20,062 nt of DNA, taken from Candidatus Hermodarchaeota archaeon (GTDB lineage: Archaea > Asgardarchaeota > Lokiarchaeia > Sigyniarchaeales > SOKP01). Location: the NCBI GenBank assembly GCA_048885925.1, contig JBHLLG010000052.1:1-20062 (forward strand). Reading direction: 5' to 3'. Made by a program: the position numbers and the translations under genes. A model generated the notes under the pieces. That model did not search any database, had not been told where the DNA came from, and worked only from the letters and a program-made list of their open reading frames with translations. Position 1 is the stretch's first letter. Every line of letters begins with the position of its first letter. Below, piece after piece: positions 14,867 through 20,062 of this stretch.

Positions 14867-17800
14867 TTATTTCTTTGGTTTTTTCTCTTTATCTGATAAT
14901 CCTCTTTCTTCTAGGAGAGAGTCTAAATCGATTTTATCTTTCTCTTCAATTTCTTTAGATTCCTTTTTGATTGGTGTCGGCTTTTTGACTGGTTCAGGTT
15001 TTTTCAATTCAGCTACAGGAACATACCTTCCTCTTCTTGGTTTATATTTGACCTCTTCAATTGGGGTTTCTAATCTCTTCTTAGTTTTCAATGCATAAAT
15101 GATTGAAACAAGCCAAGTTAACGCAAATATACCAATCATCAAATACATAAAGCCTTCTATGAAGTAATCACTAATAGGTCTTTCAAATGTATTAAATGAT
15201 GTTTCTTTAGAGAATGTTACATTTTCATTTGTAATTAAATTTTGGGCTGTTATCGAAACAGATATATTGAAATTATTAACATTTTTTACTTTTACTTCGA
15301 TAATTAAATTAGTAGTTTCTCCTGATGGTAACAAATTTAATAGAAGATTATTACGCTGAACTATAGAATATGATAAGCCTTGATCAATTTCAATGGAAAT
15401 ATCTGTTATTCTTAGATTTGAATCTCCAATATTATTAATTGTGATAATAAAAGAAGCATCTTTATTTCTATAAACTAGAGCATAATTGGATTTCATGGAT
15501 ATTGAGATATTATTTTCTTGTTGAATAATATCGATTGTAATTTCTTTTGTTACACCATTAATAGAATCCCCCTCCCATAATAACCTTACTAAAAGGTCTC
15601 CTTCGAAATCAATATTTCGAGTGTTTATTCTAAATGATGTAAACCCGTTTAAATCAGTAATCTTTGAACTAATATTAACCCAAACATCATTTTCATAATA
15701 TTGACACGTTACATTTCTCCCAGATAATTCCACTCCAAATTCCGTTTTTAAGTAGGAACTTATATTGAAAATTTGTCCTTCTAACGGTGTATTAGGATTT
15801 ATTGTAATATTAGTAAACTCACTATTAAACTTTAAGGAAAATTCATTTGTAAAAGGTTCATAACTACTCACATAATTCGAATCGATTATATTAACTAGAA
15901 AAGTTGTATTTTCAGGATAGTAGATGCATTCATCTCTATAAAAATCATAATAGAGAGGTAATGCTTTTTTTCCTTCAGTTACTTTTAATCCTAACACGTA
16001 TCCTTCAAAATTATTACTGGTCTCATTACTCAACAACGAATAATCAGTACTTTTAAACTCGCCTACAATAAAATCATCGATATATACGGTAACTATAGTT
16101 TTTGCTCCTCCTAATCTAACAGGTGCATTAACTCCCGTCCATACTTTAGTAACAGGATCTAAATTTGGAATTGTAAGATCAACACTAAATTCATTATCTT
16201 CATCGGGATGTCCTGAAAAATATAATAGATCAAAATTAGACGTATTTTGGGCTATAATCCAATCTTCATTTATATATGAAACAAGTTTCACATCAACTTT
16301 TACATTGAGAGGAATAAATGGATGGAGATTTTGGAGTGATACATTAATATTGACAACTTCATTAGGATTTAAAATATTTTCACTCTGTTTAAATGACGTT
16401 AATAATAATTGTAATTGTTGTCCTCCCATATTATACGAATAGACCTCATCTAAATTCGTATTATTTATCGGAGAAAAATTTGGCATTGAAACGCCTGTAG
16501 TTTCATTTATAGAGGCTACTAAAATTGTATAATTGTGATAAACTCTATTAATCACCAGACCAGAAAGAACATTTGTTTTTCTATTTGTATCATATGCACA
16601 ATTGTATAATGCTACATCATATGAATCAATATAGAGAGTTAATTTTTTACAACCAATTGCAGATTCATTAAACCAAAAGAAGCCTAATTGATATTTTCCA
16701 AAAACTTTTAGCTCATTTGTTAAATTTAAAATTGTTTGATTTCCAAAATCGTAGAAAAGTGCTGATGAATCAACAATACCCACCGAAGAATTTAGCTCTG
16801 CGCCCAGATATCGTGTACCATTAGGATAAAAAAGAATAGCATTCAAATCACCACTTGTTGGTGCTTTAGAATTATGATCTTGTATCTCCGCAGCAATAGA
16901 AATGTTATCTCCATACATGAAACCATTAGATTCCCATAATATTCCATTATAATTAATATAACTATGCATCTTGTGAAGGAAATTATAACTCGTTAAATTG
17001 AGCGAGTATATACCGTTAATATTTCCAAAATTTTCAGGTATGATTAATTTATATCTATTTGGGTTATCTGCTAAAGGTGATTCTTCACTTAAAAGGTAGT
17101 AAATTTCTTGATTATTTGGATTCGTTAAATTTTGAGCATTTAAGAAATCGTAGTAAACAAACCAAAACTCAAAGAAATCCCAATCAATAAAGTTAGGATT
17201 AGAATCATCTCTAGTATAATTAAAAATCCACTCTGGGTTTGTATTATAAGTTACACTGTAAGTTGTTGATGCATTCTCTATCCAATATGCATTCACAGAA
17301 TATGACACATTAAATTTAAATCCTTTAATGTAAGTTTTATTCCATGTAAGATCCACTCGGAAATTATTTGAAGGGTCATCATCAATTGGTGTTGTAAAGT
17401 TATGATTCCATTGTCCTAAACCCCATCGATTATTATAAGGAAATGAATTTATCTCTAAATTTTCTAATGGTATATCTTGGATTCTTAAAGTACTATTATT
17501 ATTTATTATAAAATCAGAAGGTATATATCCTCTTGTCACATTTAATGTAAATAAGCTAGCATCTAATTGACCAGAAGTATAAGGAGTAGCTGGAACATTT
17601 GTTGTAATTACCTTTTGTGCATTTGTCCAAGTAACACCATCATTATTAGTGCTTTTTAATTGATGCTCCGTTTTATCATCTCCAAAATCATACCATGGTA
17701 GTGTTACCAAACTATAGACTTCCTGAGAATTATTAGATTTAATAACGATAAAATAATTGGAGAGGTTTAATTTATTGGTATTGCCGATATTAAATTCAAA

Positions 17801-18979
17801 ATATGTATAATTATCTCCAGTATAAGAATCTACCAATATGTTGTCTATCGGTTCATTATAATCTGGACCTAAAGGAATAGTGCGTAAATTCGTTTCAGTT
17901 CTCACGATTGTTCTATTTGCTCGATATAAAGTTATATTCAGTTGAGTAGTAGCTGCTTCTATAATATTTAAAGTTCTTATCCAAACAGAAAATCCATGAA
18001 CAGCAGATAACTCTCCCTTTAAGTCAAACTCCAATGCCACATATTTCTGATTTGTTATTGGAATGTCGAAAGCATAAGTAGAACGTAAACTATATTTGTA
18101 CATATTTCCAAAAAATTGTTGATTATCGTCTCTCTCAAATACAAAACGAATTTCGCATTTATCCGTTGAAATATTAATGAAATCTAAATTTTCATTAATG
18201 AAATGTTCTTTTAATTGTTGAATACCTAAACCGCTATTAATTGGACGTCTATAAATCAATTCTTTCCATGTAGAATCTGAATAATCTTTTATACTCACAG
18301 TTAAGTTTGCATCCATATTAAGAGAAAAAATTAGTGAAGAAATTAAAGCTAAGATTTTAGTTCTATTAAACAATACATTTCCCTTAGTTGGTATGCTATA
18401 CAATGTATTGGTAAAATCAGCTGAAATTGTAAAATTTAATACACCATTGATTGCATTAAAACGCATATAGGTTGAATTGCTATTATCAATCAAATCTGGA
18501 TTGAAAGATCCACTTACTAATGATGTATGGGTTGTATTCCAAGTGATACCTGACTGAGCTGTATCATAATTAAAGTAAATAAAATTTTCTGGATATAGCG
18601 CTGTATCATCTTCTATAACATAATCTGTAGTAAAATTATTTTGGAATGTGAAATTAAAGTCTCCCTCAACAAGATACATATCATCTGAAGTAATAGAAGG
18701 AATTTCAAAATATTCTTCATTATTTAGCAGATTTGTGGATTTATTATTAACATAAATTCGAACATCCTGATTTACACCTGAGCCGGTAAAAGGGGTACTC
18801 AGATTAAGATTAGAATTTTTAGGAATTTGATTAAATAAATTTTCATTATATTCATTATCTATATTTTTATCTTGAAGAATATTGAAATTATTTATAATTT
18901 GTATATTTGATATGAAAATAGTAATAATAAAAAGTGTAGCCAAAAATACTCTTTTTATCTCTTTTTTTCGTCGAATCAA
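14867..18979 (-). CDS. Large membrane-anchored surface glycoprotein with beta-rich, Ig/CARDB-like segments
   Basis: 1370 aa. Basic N-terminus plus a hydrophobic signal/anchor (RRKKEIKRVFLATLFIITIFI), an Asn/Thr/Ile-rich body with many N-x-S/T sequons, an Ig-like ITINNIGDSNL...LPSGET segment, one C-terminal TM (FMYLMIGIFALTWLVSIIYAL) and a Lys/Glu/Pro-rich tail. Confidence 0.85.
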   Translation of the reverse strand: MIRRKKEIKRVFLATLFIITIFISNIQIINNFNILQDKNIDNEYNENLFNQIPKNSNLNLSTPFTGSGVNQDVRIYVNNKSTNLLNNEEYFEIPSITSDDMYLVEGDFNFTFQNNFTTDYVIEDDTALYPENFIYFNYDTAQSGITWNTTHTSLVSGSFNPDLIDNSNSTYMRFNAINGVLNFTISADFTNTLYSIPTKGNVLFNRTKILALISSLIFSLNMDANLTVSIKDYSDSTWKELIYRRPINSGLGIQQLKEHFINENLDFINISTDKCEIRFVFERDDNQQFFGNMYKYSLRSTYAFDIPITNQKYVALEFDLKGELSAVHGFSVWIRTLNIIEAATTQLNITLYRANRTIVRTETNLRTIPLGPDYNEPIDNILVDSYTGDNYTYFEFNIGNTNKLNLSNYFIVIKSNNSQEVYSLVTLPWYDFGDDKTEHQLKSTNNDGVTWTNAQKVITTNVPATPYTSGQLDASLFTLNVTRGYIPSDFIINNNSTLRIQDIPLENLEINSFPYNNRWGLGQWNHNFTTPIDDDPSNNFRVDLTWNKTYIKGFKFNVSYSVNAYWIENASTTYSVTYNTNPEWIFNYTRDDSNPNFIDWDFFEFWFVYYDFLNAQNLTNPNNQEIYYLLSEESPLADNPNRYKLIIPENFGNINGIYSLNLTSYNFLHKMHSYINYNGILWESNGFMYGDNISIAAEIQDHNSKAPTSGDLNAILFYPNGTRYLGAELNSSVGIVDSSALFYDFGNQTILNLTNELKVFGKYQLGFFWFNESAIGCKKLTLYIDSYDVALYNCAYDTNRKTNVLSGLVINRVYHNYTILVASINETTGVSMPNFSPINNTNLDEVYSYNMGGQQLQLLLTSFKQSENILNPNEVVNINVSLQNLHPFIPLNVKVDVKLVSYINEDWIIAQNTSNFDLLYFSGHPDEDNEFSVDLTIPNLDPVTKVWTGVNAPVRLGGAKTIVTVYIDDFIVGEFKSTDYSLLSNETSNNFEGYVLGLKVTEGKKALPLYYDFYRDECIYYPENTTFLVNIIDSNYVSSYEPFTNEFSLKFNSEFTNITINPNTPLEGQIFNISSYLKTEFGVELSGRNVTCQYYENDVWVNISSKITDLNGFTSFRINTRNIDFEGDLLVRLLWEGDSINGVTKEITIDIIQQENNISISMKSNYALVYRNKDASFIITINNIGDSNLRITDISIEIDQGLSYSIVQRNNLLLNLLPSGETTNLIIEVKVKNVNNFNISVSITAQNLITNENVTFSKETSFNTFERPISDYFIEGFMYLMIGIFALTWLVSIIYALKTKKRLETPIEEVKYKPRRGRYVPVAELKKPEPVKKPTPIKKESKEIEEKDKIDLDSLLEERGLSDKEKKPKK

Positions 18980-19145
18980 TAAAAATTACCGTGTATCTTT
19001 TTTTTATTTATAAAATAATTTAAAAGTAATAAAAATTTCTTAATTTTTTAATTTTATTAGGGAGAAATCTAAAATGACAAAATAATATAAAATTCTGAAT
19101 ATTTTTTAATATCAAGATAAAGAATCAACATAATGGAAATGAAAA

Positions 19146-20062
19146 ATGAGTGAAGATCAGATTTTAGATGAAATTGAGCAAAATAAAAGTGAATATATTA
19201 CATTTTTCCAAGAATTGATAAAAACTGAATCTTATAATCCTCCTGGAAATGAGAAAAATGTAGCTTTCGTCATTGAAAAGTACTTAAAAAAATCTGGTTT
19301 AAAACCTGAGATTTTTCCTTTTGGTGATAATCGAGCTAATTTAATAGTATATTTAAATAATAAGTTCGATGGAAAAACTCTTTTATTTAACGGGCATATG
19401 GATGTCGTTCCTCCTGGAAATGAAGAAGAATGGAAATATCCTCCATTATCTGCAACCATAAAAAGGAAAAAATATCTTTATGGAAGAGGGACAACTGATA
19501 TGAAAGGAGGTTTAGCAGCAATGATAATAGCTCTAAAAATTTTAAAAAAATTAAAGCTACATTTATCGGGTAATTTGATTTTAAATGCTGTTGCTGATGA
19601 AGAAACAGGAGGTGATAAAGGCACTAAATGGTGTATGGATCATATATTAAATTCAATTAAACCTGATTTTGCTATTATCTCGGAACCTACCAGACTTAAG
19701 CCATTACCTCATGTTATAAGTATTGGCGAAAGAGGCCGTTTAGTTGTAAAATTAATTACAAATGGAATTTCTACTCACTCCTCTTGGCCATTCATGGGGA
19801 AAAATGCCATCTATATGATGAGTGAAATAATTCATAATCTAGATAGGATAGATGAGTATATTCCAAAAATTAGACCCCCTTTGTCAATAGAAGAATTAAA
19901 GAAGTTAATGAGTGAAGCATTTCCTAGTTTAGAAATATTAGAAAAAATCATTAATGAACAACCAATTTTAAATAGTATTTTAAAAGCTCTTACCCAATTC
20001 ACAAAAAGCTTAACGATAATTAAAGGTGGAATAAAAGATAATGTAGTACCCGATAGATGTGA
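19146..20062 (+). CDS. M20A metallopeptidase/deacylase, ArgE/DapE family (3' end truncated, absent from the ORF track)
   Basis: Translated by hand from the ATG at 19146: MSEDQILDEIE...SYNPPGNE...LLFNGHMDVVP...LYGRGTTDMKGG...ADEETGG...SEPT...GERG...THSSWPFMGKNAI...GGIKDNVVPDRC. The frame is open to the end of the window. Confidence 0.93.
   Translation, partial: MSEDQILDEIEQNKSEYITFFQELIKTESYNPPGNEKNVAFVIEKYLKKSGLKPEIFPFGDNRANLIVYLNNKFDGKTLLFNGHMDVVPPGNEEEWKYPPLSATIKRKKYLYGRGTTDMKGGLAAMIIALKILKKLKLHLSGNLILNAVADEETGGDKGTKWCMDHILNSIKPDFAIISEPTRLKPLPHVISIGERGRLVVKLITNGISTHSSWPFMGKNAIYMMSEIIHNLDRIDEYIPKIRPPLSIEELKKLMSEAFPSLEILEKIINEQPILNSILKALTQFTKSLTIIKGGIKDNVVPDRC

Noticed and set aside
19133-19153. 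6-codon upstream ORF (MEMKNE) overlapping the M20 start
   Set aside because: Such mini-ORFs are expected by chance in AT-rich DNA and there is no leader-peptide signature.
19232-19459. 75-aa minus-strand ORF
   Set aside because: Antisense shadow of the M20 peptidase, which the track missed because it has no stop codon in the window.

Overview
AT-rich archaeal window, most likely from an Asgard archaeon of the Lokiarchaeia type. This is an inference from the two Roadblock/LC7 genes (one resembling eukaryotic dynein light chain roadblock), a Loki-style HEAT module, archaeal BRE/TATA promoters, oligo-T terminators and frequent TTG starts. The left half is catabolic and transport genes: a DHA3/MefA-like MFS, an AN1 zinc finger-HEAT protein, a membrane protein, a family VIII serine hydrolase, a glycyl radical enzyme (GRE) with atypical motifs divergent from two tandem Glu-less crotonases, an APC amino acid permease, an orphan membrane protein, and a PfkB kinase plus NrdG2-type radical SAM activase with no nrdD in view. 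The right half has an unannotated 49-aa gene with complete expression signals, a double zinc-ribbon protein, a winged-helix protein, an MBL hydrolase, two Roadblock proteins, a 1370-aa surface glycoprotein and a truncated M20 peptidase. The best candidates for new biology are the GRE with its possible activase and crotonase neighbours, the GTPase-free Roadblock pair next to the surface protein, and the unannotated small gene. No rRNA, tRNA, CRISPR array or mobile element was seen.
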